Shown here: in pieces, positions 18,008 to 27,826 of the stretch
How positions within the stretch are numbered: the stretch's first letter is position 1
Layout of the letters: the number at the start of each line of letters is the position of its first letter
Assembly (NCBI GenBank): GCA_018242665.1
Contig: JAFEBL010000024.1
Coordinates: 7,299 to 71,298, forward strand
Direction of reading: 5' to 3'
Source: Nitrospira sp.
GTDB lineage: Bacteria; Nitrospirota; Nitrospiria; Nitrospirales; Nitrospiraceae
Length of the DNA stretch: 64,000 nucleotides
Position numbers and translations under genes: made by a program
The notes under the pieces: model-generated
Database searches by the model: none
What the model saw: the letters and a program-made list of their open reading frames with translations, nothing else
What the model was told of the DNA's origin: nothing

Positions 18008-20811
18008 GGTCTCACCTCTCTCGCAACGTGCCGGTTCATGCCGAATGTGATGAAAAACTCCGAGCCCCCGCCTTCACGCGGGGAAACCCAGGCCCGCCCG
18101 CCGTGCCGTTCCGCGACTTGGCGCACAATCGCCAAGCCCGCTCCGGTGCCTTCAATGTCGCGCCCGACCGCCCGCCGGAATAATTCAAAAATACGCTCGC
18201 GCTGATCGGCAGGAACGCCGGTCCCGCGGTCGCGTACCACCAATCCTGCATATTCCTCCCCTTCGGGATCGATCTCGACGTGAGCCGCGATTTCGATGTC
18301 CGGCGATTCACCCGGAGCGACAAACTTCAACGCATTGGCCACCAGATTGTAGAGGCCTTGGATCGCCCAGGTCGTGTTGACCCGCAGGTGCGGCAGAGGG
18401 GAGCGAATCGCAATGTTGGCGCCGGTGGTTTTGATGCGGCGTTCCAGTCTCCGTATCACCTCCTGGATCAGGTGATCGGCGTCGATCTCGTCGACAGGCG
18501 GCTCCATACGCTGGGCGCGCGACAGGTCCAGAATATCGGTGAGCAGTTGGTCGAGCCGCTGTGTGGCCCGCACGATGCGACGGAGGAAATCTTGGCCCTT
18601 CTCATCGAGCCGGGCCGCGTAGCGTTCCTGCAACAGCAGCGAGAAGCTTTCAATGGCGCGCAGCGGTTCTTTCAGATCGTGCGAGGTCACATAGAGCAGG
18701 GTTTCGAGGTCTTTGTTCTTCTTCAAGATCATCACTTCGGCTTGGCGCCGTTCGGTGATGTCCCGATTTGTTTCGAGCACGAGGTGGTGCCCGCCGGTTT
18801 TCACCAGTCCCCACCGACTCTCGACCAGCACTTCCCGCCCATCTTTCGTGCGATGGTGTAGTTCGCCGGTCCAGGCGCCGGTGGTCTCCAGTTCTGCGTA
18901 AATGGTCTCCAGCGGACAAGGGGGCGTGCTTTTCAGCAAGGCATGGCTGCTCCGGCCGATCGCCTCGGCACGGGTATAGCCGTACAATTGTTCGCATCCG
19001 CGATTCCAGTCCAGAATGCCTCGGTGGGTGTCCCAGGAAAAAATCGGCTCGTACGACAATTCGATCTGGCGGCGTTGTTGATTCACGGTTTCTTCGGCGT
19101 GTTTCCGTTCCGTGATATCGCGGGCGATCGTGGACACTGCCGTCACCAAGCCGTTCGCATCGACGATAGGAGACACCGTCAAGGACACCTGGATGGGATG
19201 CCCGTCTTGGTGGACTCGCACGCTCTCGAATTGCTGGATGCGGATTCCGGCTTTGATCTGTTCGATAAGAATCGATTCTTCTGCTTGGCGGTCAGGCGGC
19301 AGGATCAACGAAATCGGTCGGCCGATCATGTCGTCTGCGGAGTAGCCGAACATGAGCTCGGCGCTTTTGTTCCACGAAAGAAGGCGGCCGTCGAGCGATT
19401 TGCTCATGATCGCGTCCGAGGATGATTCTACGATGGCGGCCAGCCTCCCCTGGACCGCTTGGGCTTCCTGCCGATCATGGATGTCCGCATAGGTTCCCAC
19501 CCATTTCACGACGTGGCCGTCACGGTCTCGGAGTGGTGTCGCATGGGCGTGGAACCACCGGTACAGACCATCCGCCCGCTTGAACCGCAATTCTGCGTCG
19601 AGGGGACGTCCGTGAGCCACGGCCTCGCGCCATTGCTCGGTGATTCTTGGGCGATCGTCGAGATGGACGTGCTGGAGACATCCGGTGCTGAACGGCTCGT
19701 CCGCAGGCCGGCCCGTGTACTGTCTCCATTGTGGGCTGAGATAGTCGCAGGTTCCGTCGGCTAGGCAGGTCCAGATTGGTAAGGGAAGGGATTCGACCAG
19801 CTCGCGAAACCGGCGTTCGCTGGCGGCCAGCTCCTGCTGCACCTGTTTGCTTTGCGCCAGTTCCTGTTCGAGGCGCTGGTTGGCGATGAGCAATGCGGTC
19901 GTGCGCTCCGCCACCAGGGCTTCGAGCGACTGATGACTCTGCCGCAAGGCGGCTTCCGCGCGCTTGCGTTCCGTCATGTCGATGAGCGTGGATCGGCTCA
20001 AGGCAAAGTGTCCCTGGGAGTCGGTCACGGCAGTCGCGTTGAGCAGAATGGGGAACATCGAGCCATCTTTTCGCACCAATTCGAATTCGAGATCATGGAT
20101 ATGTCCGGCTTTGATAAATTGCGGGAATCGTTCTTTGAACAGAGCCACCCCCGCCGGGGTGACGAGGTCGGTAAATCGCTTCGTACCGATGATCTCTTCT
20201 CTTGTGTACCCCAACCAAGCCAGCTCGGTTTGGTTCATGGCGACAATGAGGCCGGTGGCGTCGAGTGAATGGTAGCCGCAGGGGGCTCGGTCGTACAGGT
20301 CTTGCACGTCCGCGGCGTTTTTCTGCAGCAGCAGCGATCGTTCACGAAGCGCCTCATGTTCAATGGCCATCGTGGCCGACTTGACCAATTCGTGGGTCAA
20401 GCACTTCTGCCGATCGACCAAATAGGCCGTGAGTGGGAAGAGGACGAGGCTGAAGGCGCGGCTGACTTGCGATAGCCACACCGGCACGCCGGGTAGGTCG
20501 TCGGAGACGACATAGCCCACACAGGTCAGTCCTGTGCAGCACAGCCCCACGGCGTGGGAACTCCAGCGAGAGGATGTCCAAGAGGTGAGGACAATCGGCA
20601 GGGTATAGAGCACCCAGACAGGAATGTTGCGAGGGGTGAGGCAGTCCAACAGAAAGATGCCGGCGACCAGGACGGCAATCAATGCGAAAAGACCAAGTTC
20701 GCGGACGCGAGGCGTCAGTGTCCCGGTCGTGTGTCCGAGGAGACCAACCATGGTCATGGAGCTCCTGAATGCGTGGAGCGAAACGGTCGCTCCCACTACT
20801 GCAGCGAGCAA
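18004..20811 (-). CDS. Membrane-bound multi-PAS sensor histidine kinase
   Basis: About 150 aa hydrophobic N-terminus, about four PAS repeats, H-box VTSHDLKEPLRAI, C-terminal HATPase (DRGTGV, GTGAGLAI). Confidence 0.9.
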   Translation of the reverse strand: MLAAVVGATVSLHAFRSSMTMVGLLGHTTGTLTPRVRELGLFALIAVLVAGIFLLDCLTPRNIPVWVLYTLPIVLTSWTSSRWSSHAVGLCCTGLTCVGYVVSDDLPGVPVWLSQVSRAFSLVLFPLTAYLVDRQKCLTHELVKSATMAIEHEALRERSLLLQKNAADVQDLYDRAPCGYHSLDATGLIVAMNQTELAWLGYTREEIIGTKRFTDLVTPAGVALFKERFPQFIKAGHIHDLEFELVRKDGSMFPILLNATAVTDSQGHFALSRSTLIDMTERKRAEAALRQSHQSLEALVAERTTALLIANQRLEQELAQSKQVQQELAASERRFRELVESLPLPIWTCLADGTCDYLSPQWRQYTGRPADEPFSTGCLQHVHLDDRPRITEQWREAVAHGRPLDAELRFKRADGLYRWFHAHATPLRDRDGHVVKWVGTYADIHDRQEAQAVQGRLAAIVESSSDAIMSKSLDGRLLSWNKSAELMFGYSADDMIGRPISLILPPDRQAEESILIEQIKAGIRIQQFESVRVHQDGHPIQVSLTVSPIVDANGLVTAVSTIARDITERKHAEETVNQQRRQIELSYEPIFSWDTHRGILDWNRGCEQLYGYTRAEAIGRSSHALLKSTPPCPLETIYAELETTGAWTGELHHRTKDGREVLVESRWGLVKTGGHHLVLETNRDITERRQAEVMILKKNKDLETLLYVTSHDLKEPLRAIESFSLLLQERYAARLDEKGQDFLRRIVRATQRLDQLLTDILDLSRAQRMEPPVDEIDADHLIQEVIRRLERRIKTTGANIAIRSPLPHLRVNTTWAIQGLYNLVANALKFVAPGESPDIEIAAHVEIDPEGEEYAGLVVRDRGTGVPADQRERIFELFRRAVGRDIEGTGAGLAIVRQVAERHGGRAWVSPREGGGSEFFITFGMNRHVAREVRP

Positions 20812-20864
20812 TCAACCGTGCAGATCACTATGAGTAAAAACAACGAAAGCCAACAGATGCGATA

Positions 20865-20888
20865 GGCCCTAGTAGTGGTACTAGGGCC
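20865..20888. repeat. Perfect 10 bp inverted repeat with 4 nt loop (GGCCCTAGTA-GTGG-TACTAGGGCC)
   Basis: Read directly from the sequence. Lies in the 126 nt gap between the HD gene 3' end and the PAS kinase 5' end. No adjacent T-run, so terminator status is uncertain. Confidence 0.6.
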
Positions 20889-20937
20889 CGTGGTGGGAAT
20901 GCCAGGGCCGGAAAGCCAGCATGTGACTGGCGCGGTG

Positions 20938-22359
20938 TTAGAAATTGGTTTCGATACTGGCGGAGGTTTTATTCAAGACGGTCGCTGCGGCCTTCGAAAG
21001 CGCGGCGTCATGGTCATGGTCCAGTGCGTAAATGCGAAATTGCACCAGTCTGGTCGGCAGCAAATCGAGGAATTCCTCCAAGGGTTCGGTGGAGAGGCCC
21101 TTGGTGCCCGGATCATAGACGAGGAGTGGAATTCCCCGCTGATCTTTCGGGTCGGGCCGAGGATCGAGCGGAGCCATGTCCACCCGGAAGGGCAACGTCC
21201 GCATATCTGGCGGAAGCGCCGACTGGATCTGCTGCTGGAACTGCTCGTGGCTGGGGAAATCCATGCCCCGTTCGACGCCTTTTTCCTTGAGGACCGTGCT
21301 GTACGCCATCTTCCATTTCACGTCGCGTCGCAGGATATGTGCCCATTCATCATGCAGACGGCGAAGCGTGCGTTGACCGGACTTCTTCCAGAGTCGCACC
21401 GTCTCCAGCAGCGACCAATCCGTCAGTGTCAGGTAGTCCTCCATGTGTGTGGCCGGATTGGCGGGAAAGAGCCGCTTCATGGTGTCGCCGAAGATGTCGC
21501 GAAGGTGGATGTCGATCGCTCTGGTCGTCCGATGGTAGTAGACGTTCGAATAGAGATACATGCGAGTGTTCAAAAACATGTGCAGCGCCGGGAGGCCGGT
21601 CTTATGGATGGTGAAGCCTTTCTCGGTGATGATGGTGTAGTGGATCAGCCGGGTGAGATCGACTGGTCCCACCGCGACCCCGCACATGTACGCATCGCGC
21701 AGGACATAGTCCAGATTGTCGGCGGTGTAGCTGCCTGAAATGACCGGCTGCAGCGCGTTGATCCAGCGAGGCAGACGGGAGTTGTCCTTACCCTTTTCCT
21801 TCAAGATCACGTGGGCGATATGGTCCGGATTCAATTCCTCGCCTCGGGCGAAGGGGCCGGACGGACTGCGCCGGATCTTTTTGATCAGCGGCCCCAGATG
21901 CTCGCGCACGATAATCTGGCCCAACTTCTCATGGGAAAGACCGAAGCCATGCAGATAATTATCATCGAAAAAGTGGCAGAACGGGCCGTGGCCGATGTCG
22001 TGGACCAGTGCGGTGATCCGCAGGAACTCCTCCACAAACGGCGCCGAGGGCAGATCGGGGACGACATGCTGTAGAAACGGATAGAGGTGACGGGCAAATC
22101 GTCCCGCCACATGCATGGTGCCCAGCGAATGCACGAAGCGCGTATGTTCGGCGGAGGGATACACCCATCGGGCGCTCTGCAGTTGGTAAATGTAGCGCAG
22201 CCGCTGCACCCAGGGCGAATCGATCAGGTCCTTCTCTGTGCGTTCGGACGAATCGGGTGTCGCGTAAGGGACGGTGAAGGACACGTATTCGTGAATTGGA
22301 TCGGCAATGAGCGCGGAGCCGTCGTAGGGCGCGGGAGGAATGGCTGAAGGTAGTTTCAT
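20938..22359 (-). CDS. HD-domain phosphohydrolase (dNTP triphosphohydrolase/SAMHD1-like)
   Basis: ORF 20938..22707 trimmed to ATG at 22359 (MKLPSAIPP) because the upstream extension overlaps the DUF2062 gene. HTRFVHSLGTMHVA and LVHDIGHGPFCHFFD are HD motifs. Confidence 0.8.
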   Translation of the reverse strand: MKLPSAIPPAPYDGSALIADPIHEYVSFTVPYATPDSSERTEKDLIDSPWVQRLRYIYQLQSARWVYPSAEHTRFVHSLGTMHVAGRFARHLYPFLQHVVPDLPSAPFVEEFLRITALVHDIGHGPFCHFFDDNYLHGFGLSHEKLGQIIVREHLGPLIKKIRRSPSGPFARGEELNPDHIAHVILKEKGKDNSRLPRWINALQPVISGSYTADNLDYVLRDAYMCGVAVGPVDLTRLIHYTIITEKGFTIHKTGLPALHMFLNTRMYLYSNVYYHRTTRAIDIHLRDIFGDTMKRLFPANPATHMEDYLTLTDWSLLETVRLWKKSGQRTLRRLHDEWAHILRRDVKWKMAYSTVLKEKGVERGMDFPSHEQFQQQIQSALPPDMRTLPFRVDMAPLDPRPDPKDQRGIPLLVYDPGTKGLSTEPLEEFLDLLPTRLVQFRIYALDHDHDAALSKAAATVLNKTSASIETNF

Positions 22360-22382
22360 GCGTGGACGACCGATGGCTGATC

Positions 22383-22862
22383 TTAGCCCAGGCCGGACGA
22401 CGGGGGCAAATGGGTTGCACAGTCGGCGGATTGGCTTCGTCGATATTTGGTGAGCACAAAATACGCGGCGGGGTAGGCCAGCAGGGCGCCGGCGATGCTC
22501 AATACCATTCCCCCGAGCACAAATGGCCAGGCATAGGGGGCAACCTGGTGATAGATCCCCATAAACGACAGGTCGCTCCAATCGAACGAGGGAAACTCCC
22601 GCACCCCGAGGAGGACCGCGCCGGTCCAGTAGGTGGCTCCTAAAATAGGAATGAGCGTCCAGGGGTTGTTGAGAAAGGCCCCGGCTAGCAGGGCTACCAC
22701 GTTCCATCCGAACGCCCAGGCGCAGAATCCCACCATGACCATATGGAGGCCGTATGCCGGTGAGAAGCCGATGAAGACGCCGATGGCGAAGGCCAGCGCC
22801 GTCCGGTGCGGTGACTCATCGAGATGAAGAATCTGGCGAAACAGCGAGCGTACGTTGGCCAT
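22383..22862 (-). CDS. DUF2062 family membrane protein
   Basis: ESPHRTALAFAIGVFIGFSPAYGLH and NNPWTLIPI are typical of DUF2062. Three to four TM segments. Confidence 0.7.
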   Translation of the reverse strand: MANVRSLFRQILHLDESPHRTALAFAIGVFIGFSPAYGLHMVMVGFCAWAFGWNVVALLAGAFLNNPWTLIPILGATYWTGAVLLGVREFPSFDWSDLSFMGIYHQVAPYAWPFVLGGMVLSIAGALLAYPAAYFVLTKYRRSQSADCATHLPPSSGLG

Positions 22863-22886
22863 AGGGCGTGTAGAAAACCGGGGCGG

Positions 22887-23927
22887 CTACGACGGTCTGC
22901 GAAAATGTTCGTAGCTGGTGAGCGGCAGGGGTTTGAGTGTGCCCTCTTCCGTTCGCAATCGGAGGCCGGACCGTCTGGACGTGATGGTGCCGACACAGGT
23001 GAAGCGAAAGCGGGTCGTTCCTGCCAGCCGCTCAAACCGTGACTGCCGGTTGGCCGGCACGGTAAACAGCAATTCGTAATCCTCTCCGCCTTGGAGGGCC
23101 AGGTCCTCAGGGCGGATGCGTTGTGCTGCCGCATAGGCACGGCAGGCCGGGGAAATGGGAAGCGCGCTTTCCAGGATTTCCGCCCCGACGCCGCTTTCTT
23201 CACAGATGTGACGGAGGTCGCCAGTGAGTCCGTCGGACAGATCAATAGCCGCGTTAGCCAGTCCTTGTGTGACCAGCCACCGGCCCTCGGCGATCCGAGC
23301 GGAGGGGCGATGGTGGCGAGCCAGGAGAAAGCGGCGGTGTGCAGCGGAAAGAGGCGTGCGCCTACGGGAACTGAGAAGATCGAGCCCGGCGCGGGAGTCG
23401 CCTAGGGTTCCGGTAACATATAGCCGATCGCCGGTCCGGGCTCCGCTGCGCAGCAAGGCGCGACGGGGACGCACCACGCCGGTCAGGGTCACGCTGAGAA
23501 AGAGTCCGTGCCTGGAGGCCGAGGTGTCACCGCCGACAAGACAGACCCGATAGGGGGCGCAGGCTTGCATCATGCCGCGGTAGAGTTGGTGAACGTGGGC
23601 CGTCGAGCAGGTCGCTGGAATCGCGATGGCGACGAGCATGAATCGGGGAGTTCCGCCCATGGCGGCGATGTCACTGAGGTTGGCAATTGCCGCCCTGTAG
23701 CCGATGTCTTCGCAGGACGAGGTGGCGAGGTCGAAGTGTACCCCTTCCGCCAGCAGATCCGTGGTCATGAGGGTCCATTCGGAGATTGAGGTCTTGAGAA
23801 TGGCGGTGTCGTCGCCAATGCCGAGCGCCACTTGCGGATCCGGCTGTGCCGCCTGAGCCTGCAAGCGCCGGATCAACCCGAATTCGCTCCTCACCGGACT
23901 GCCTTCGCGGGATCGGCCTGACGGCAT
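22887..23927 (-). CDS. thiL: Thiamine-monophosphate kinase ThiL
   Basis: EFGLIRRL, GIGDDTAIL, TTDLLAEGVHF, GGDTS and DLSDGL are AIR-synthase-fold ThiL motifs. Confidence 0.88.
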   Translation of the reverse strand: MPSGRSREGSPVRSEFGLIRRLQAQAAQPDPQVALGIGDDTAILKTSISEWTLMTTDLLAEGVHFDLATSSCEDIGYRAAIANLSDIAAMGGTPRFMLVAIAIPATCSTAHVHQLYRGMMQACAPYRVCLVGGDTSASRHGLFLSVTLTGVVRPRRALLRSGARTGDRLYVTGTLGDSRAGLDLLSSRRRTPLSAAHRRFLLARHHRPSARIAEGRWLVTQGLANAAIDLSDGLTGDLRHICEESGVGAEILESALPISPACRAYAAAQRIRPEDLALQGGEDYELLFTVPANRQSRFERLAGTTRFRFTCVGTITSRRSGLRLRTEEGTLKPLPLTSYEHFRRPS

Positions 23928-23998
23928 CAGACCACCGCACTCCGGATCGTGTCACTCATCCGCCGCTCGGCAATGATCACGCGCCTCATCACAAGGAA

Positions 23999-26494
23999 CT
24001 AGAGAGAGAGGGACGAAGACACGCTCGGACGACGGAGCCGGCGTCGAGTCGAGCCGGGTCTCCGAGCTGATCCGTTTGCTTTGATCGCCTTCTTCACGGA
24101 TGTCTTCGGCGTCGCCGCGCCGGCCTTTCGCACGGGAGTTCGTCGCAAGGCGGCGGCAATCACATCATCCACCGTATCCACAAAGATCAATTCGATGCCT
24201 TTGAGGATGTGCTTCGGGATCTCTTCGAGGTCCTTCTTATTGCGTTTCGGTAGGACGACGGTCGACAGCCTCGCCCGTTTGGCGGCGAGAATTTTTTCTT
24301 TGAGTCCACCGATCGGTAGGACCCGTCCGCGTAGGGTAATTTCGCCGGTCATGGCCAAATCGCGGCGCACGGGCACTTGCGCCAAAGCGGAGGCGATCGC
24401 GGTGGCCATGGTGATGCCGGCAGAAGGGCCGTCTTTGGGCGTAGCCCCGGCCGGGACGTGGATGTGAATATCGTTTTTCGCGAACTGATCCGGGCTGATC
24501 CCCAGGGTTTTTTCCCGCGACCGCACATAACTCAGTGCCGCCTGGGCCGATTCTTTCATGACGTCCCCGAGATGGCCGGTGAGCGTGAGTTGGCCCTTGC
24601 CCTTCATGACGGTGGCTTCGATATAGAGGACATCCCCGCCGCTTTCGGTCCAGGCGAGGCCGGTGGCAACACCGATTTCATCTTTTTCCAGTTCCGCCTC
24701 GGGAACGAATTTCGCCACGCCCAGGAATTTGTTTAGGTTGGTGTGATCGATGGCATGGCACTCGGCCTTGCCCTCCGCAACCTTCTTCGCGACCTTCCGC
24801 ATGAGGTTGGCAATTTCACGTTCAAGATTACGGACGCCGGCTTCGCGCGTGTAATGCGTGATGACATGGCGGATCGCTTTTTCCGAAACGCGAATATGTT
24901 TGTCGGTGATGCCGTGTTCGTTCATTTGCCGCGGAATCAGATACTTTTGGGCGATGCCAAGTTTCTCTTCTTCCGTGTAGCCGGGAATGTCGATGACCTC
25001 CATGCGGTCGCGCAGGGCAGGGAGGATCGGGTCCATCAAATTCGCCGTCGTGACGAACATGACTTCGGTCAGGTCGAACGGTACCCCGAGGTAGTGATCG
25101 GTGAAGGTGCTGTTCTGTTCGGGGTCCAGGACTTCCAGGAGCGCCGCCGAGGGATCGCCCCGGAAATCCATCCCCACCTTATCGACTTCATCGAGCATGA
25201 ACACCGGATTGTTCGTACCGGCTTGTTTCATCCCCTGAATGATCCGCCCCGGCAAGGCGCCGACATAGGTCCGGCGATGGCCGCGGATTTCCGCTTCGTC
25301 CCGCACGCCGCCCAGACTGATTCGGACAAACTCCCGCCCCAATGCGCGCGCGATGGATTTTCCGAGCGAGGTTTTGCCAACGCCCGGGGGGCCCACGAAA
25401 CACAGAATCGGACCCTTCATCTTTTCCTTGAGCTTTCGAACGGCGAGGTATTCGATGATGCGTTCCTTGACCTTCTCCAGATCGTAGTGATCCTCGTTCA
25501 GCACCTTCATCGCCGCTTTGAGGTCGAGATTGTCTTTCGACTTTTTATTCCAGGGCAGTTCGACCATCCATTCCAAGTAGGTGCGAACGGTGGCCGACTC
25601 CGCCGTATCCGGATGCATCTTCTCCAGCCGCTTCAGCTGCTTCTCGGTTTCCTTGAGGACCTTCTCCGGCATCTTGGCGTCTTTGATCCGCTTGCGGAAT
25701 TCCGCGACTTCTTCCGCCCGCTCGTCCAATTCACCGAGTTCTTTCTGAATAGCCTTCAACTGCTCGCGCAGGAAGTATTCCCGCTGCGTCTTGTCCATCT
25801 CTCCCTTGGCCTGCGCCTGGATCTTCTGCTGCATCGAAAGGACATCGATTTCCTTGGCGAGAATTTCACTGATCTGGCGCAGTCGCTGGATGGGATCGAC
25901 GATTTCGAGCACCGTCTGGGTAATGTCGACTTTCAAGCCCAGGTTGGAAGCGACCATGTCGGCGAGGCGTCCCGGGTCTTCCAGATTTTCGATCACGACC
26001 ATCACATCGGGAATGAGCACCTTGCCGAGGCTGACGATTTTCTCGATCTGTTCCTTGACGGTGCGCATGACCGCCTCGGTTTCGAGCGTGGAGCCCGGCT
26101 GTTTCGTCTCGACCAGTTTTTCGATGCGGACGGAATAGTAGGGGTCGCTCTGGATGTATTCTTCAATCCGGCCTTTGGCGAGGCCTTGCACCAGAATCTT
26201 GATGCGTTCGTCGGGAAGCTTGAGCATCCGCATGATGATGCCCACGGTGCCGACCTGGTGAATGTCTTCCGGTTGTGGGTTCTCCACATCCAATGACTTC
26301 TGTGTCGCGAGGAAGAGCATGCGGTTGCCCGCGAGCGCCGCCTCGATCGCTTTGATCGACATGTCACGGCCGACGAACAGGGGTAGCACCATATATGGGA
26401 ACACCACGATATCCCGCACCGGCAGCAGGGGCAGCTGGTCGGGCGGTTCGAGGTTCTGGTTGTTTGAAAAGTCTTGTTCTACAGCTTCAGCCAT
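23999..26494 (-). CDS. lon: ATP-dependent Lon protease (LonA)
   Basis: LON N-domain ([23 protein letters not shown]), Walker [10 protein letters not shown], Walker B FMLDEVDK, protease site [14 protein letters not shown]. Carries an extra basic C-terminal tail of about 48 aa. Confidence 0.95.
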   Translation of the reverse strand: MAEAVEQDFSNNQNLEPPDQLPLLPVRDIVVFPYMVLPLFVGRDMSIKAIEAALAGNRMLFLATQKSLDVENPQPEDIHQVGTVGIIMRMLKLPDERIKILVQGLAKGRIEEYIQSDPYYSVRIEKLVETKQPGSTLETEAVMRTVKEQIEKIVSLGKVLIPDVMVVIENLEDPGRLADMVASNLGLKVDITQTVLEIVDPIQRLRQISEILAKEIDVLSMQQKIQAQAKGEMDKTQREYFLREQLKAIQKELGELDERAEEVAEFRKRIKDAKMPEKVLKETEKQLKRLEKMHPDTAESATVRTYLEWMVELPWNKKSKDNLDLKAAMKVLNEDHYDLEKVKERIIEYLAVRKLKEKMKGPILCFVGPPGVGKTSLGKSIARALGREFVRISLGGVRDEAEIRGHRRTYVGALPGRIIQGMKQAGTNNPVFMLDEVDKVGMDFRGDPSAALLEVLDPEQNSTFTDHYLGVPFDLTEVMFVTTANLMDPILPALRDRMEVIDIPGYTEEEKLGIAQKYLIPRQMNEHGITDKHIRVSEKAIRHVITHYTREAGVRNLEREIANLMRKVAKKVAEGKAECHAIDHTNLNKFLGVAKFVPEAELEKDEIGVATGLAWTESGGDVLYIEATVMKGKGQLTLTGHLGDVMKESAQAALSYVRSREKTLGISPDQFAKNDIHIHVPAGATPKDGPSAGITMATAIASALAQVPVRRDLAMTGEITLRGRVLPIGGLKEKILAAKRARLSTVVLPKRNKKDLEEIPKHILKGIELIFVDTVDDVIAAALRRTPVRKAGAATPKTSVKKAIKANGSARRPGSTRRRLRRPSVSSSLSL

Positions 26495-26581
26495 GAGGCT
26501 CCAGTTCGCCTATCTAGAGTGTTCGTGTTGATGTCGTGCTGCGGCACGGTTTGGGCGACGGTGATCCGTCTTGCCCGTTGG

Positions 26582-27511
26582 CTAGGAGGTGGTGGTGCGT
26601 GTTCGGCCTTGGCCTCGACGGCGCACGTCGGTGGCGGTCGGGCGGAGTCGCTGTTGCAGGAACTCGCCGAACGCAGGTCCCAGGGACGGGTTTTTGAGCG
26701 CCAACTCCACGGTGGCGATGAGAAATCCCAGCTTGTCGCCCGCATCATGCCGCTGTCCCTCGACTTCGTGGGCGAACATCGAGGTATGTTTCACGAGCTG
26801 GCGCAAGGCATCCGTCAGCTGGATTTCTCCGTTCTTGCCCGGCGGGGTTTTGCGGAGGATCGGGAAAATTTCCGGCGGCAAGACGTAGCGCCCGATCACC
26901 GCGAGATTGGACGGCGCGTCGGCGGGTGCGGGTTTTTCCACCAGATCGTCGACGCGGTGGAGGCCGTTGCGTACCTTGCGGGCGGAAATGATGCCGTACC
27001 GGCTGACTTCCTGTGGCGGCACTTCCTGCACGCCCAAGACGGCGCCTTTGCGTTGCTTATAGATATGGATCAATTGCGCGAGGCCGGGAACCGCCGCGTC
27101 GATGATTTCGTCACCGAGGATGACGGCAAACGGTTCATCGCCGATGAGATGCTGCGCGCACAACACCGCATGGCCGAGTCCCATGGCTTCCGGTTGCCGG
27201 ACGTAGCAGAAGTTGGCCAGATTGGAAATGTGCCGCATTTGATTCAGCACCTGGCCCTTGCCGCTGCCTTTGAGATTTTCCTCGAGCTCGAGAGAACGGT
27301 CGAAATGATCTTCAATTGCGCGTTTGCCTCGTCCGGTGATCACGATGATGTCTTCGATGCCCGACGCGACCGCTTCCTCGACGACGTACTGAATCAGCGG
27401 TTTGTCGACCAGCGGGAGCATCTCCTTCGGGGAGGCTTTGGTCGCGGGAAGAAAGCGTGTGCCCAGTCCGGCAGCGGGAATAATCGCTTTACGTACATCG
27501 GTTCTGATCAT
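26582..27511 (-). CDS. galU: UTP-glucose-1-phosphate uridylyltransferase GalU
   Basis: ORF 26582..27694 trimmed to ATG at 27511 (MIRTDVRKAIIPAAGLGTRFLPATKA). VEKP and IGRYVL motifs are present. Confidence 0.88.
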   Translation of the reverse strand: MIRTDVRKAIIPAAGLGTRFLPATKASPKEMLPLVDKPLIQYVVEEAVASGIEDIIVITGRGKRAIEDHFDRSLELEENLKGSGKGQVLNQMRHISNLANFCYVRQPEAMGLGHAVLCAQHLIGDEPFAVILGDEIIDAAVPGLAQLIHIYKQRKGAVLGVQEVPPQEVSRYGIISARKVRNGLHRVDDLVEKPAPADAPSNLAVIGRYVLPPEIFPILRKTPPGKNGEIQLTDALRQLVKHTSMFAHEVEGQRHDAGDKLGFLIATVELALKNPSLGPAFGEFLQQRLRPTATDVRRRGQGRTRTTTS

Positions 27512-27602
27512 AGGGGGGATAGTATGTGAAGGGGTAGGTGAAGTCAAGATTTCGTCGGCTCTTTTCAGTTGCGGCGTGCCAGTCGTGACGCGGGGAAACT
27601 CC

Positions 27603-27631
27603 TTTACATTGAAAAATGCGGTCAATATAAT
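27603..27631 (+). promoter_or_regulatory. Candidate sigma70-type promoter for the bamA-led envelope operon (TTTACA-N17-TATAAT)
   Basis: TTTACA at 27603-27608, 17 nt spacer, consensus TATAAT at 27626-27631, in the 315 nt divergent galU/bamA gap and about 195 nt upstream of the bamA start. Pattern match only. Confidence 0.5.
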
Positions 27632-27826
27632 CCGAGAGTTTTTCTGCAACTGTGCGGTGATGCGGCAACGAAAGCGACGCATCGGTGATGACAACGGGAA
27701 CAGTTCGTCAGTGCCTGCGCAGGGCCGGTCGGCTCGCTGGTCGAGCCGCGACAGGCACGGCGGTATCCCAGCTCGAAATCCAGGGCAACCAGTGCTTGCA
27801 CTCCCAGGCGGTAGGGAAGGATTGCG

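Noticed and set aside
20938-22707. The full 589 aa version of the HD-domain ORF.
   Set aside because: The first 116 codons are Arg/Pro/Gly-rich and overlap the DUF2062 gene (22383..22862) on the same strand. Family similarity begins after the ATG at 22359.
26495-26581. Heat-shock operator (CIRCE) or other obvious regulatory palindrome upstream of lon.
   Set aside because: No TTAGCACTC-N9-GAGTGCTAA-like inverted repeat and no convincing -35/-10 pair could be read in the 87 nt gap.
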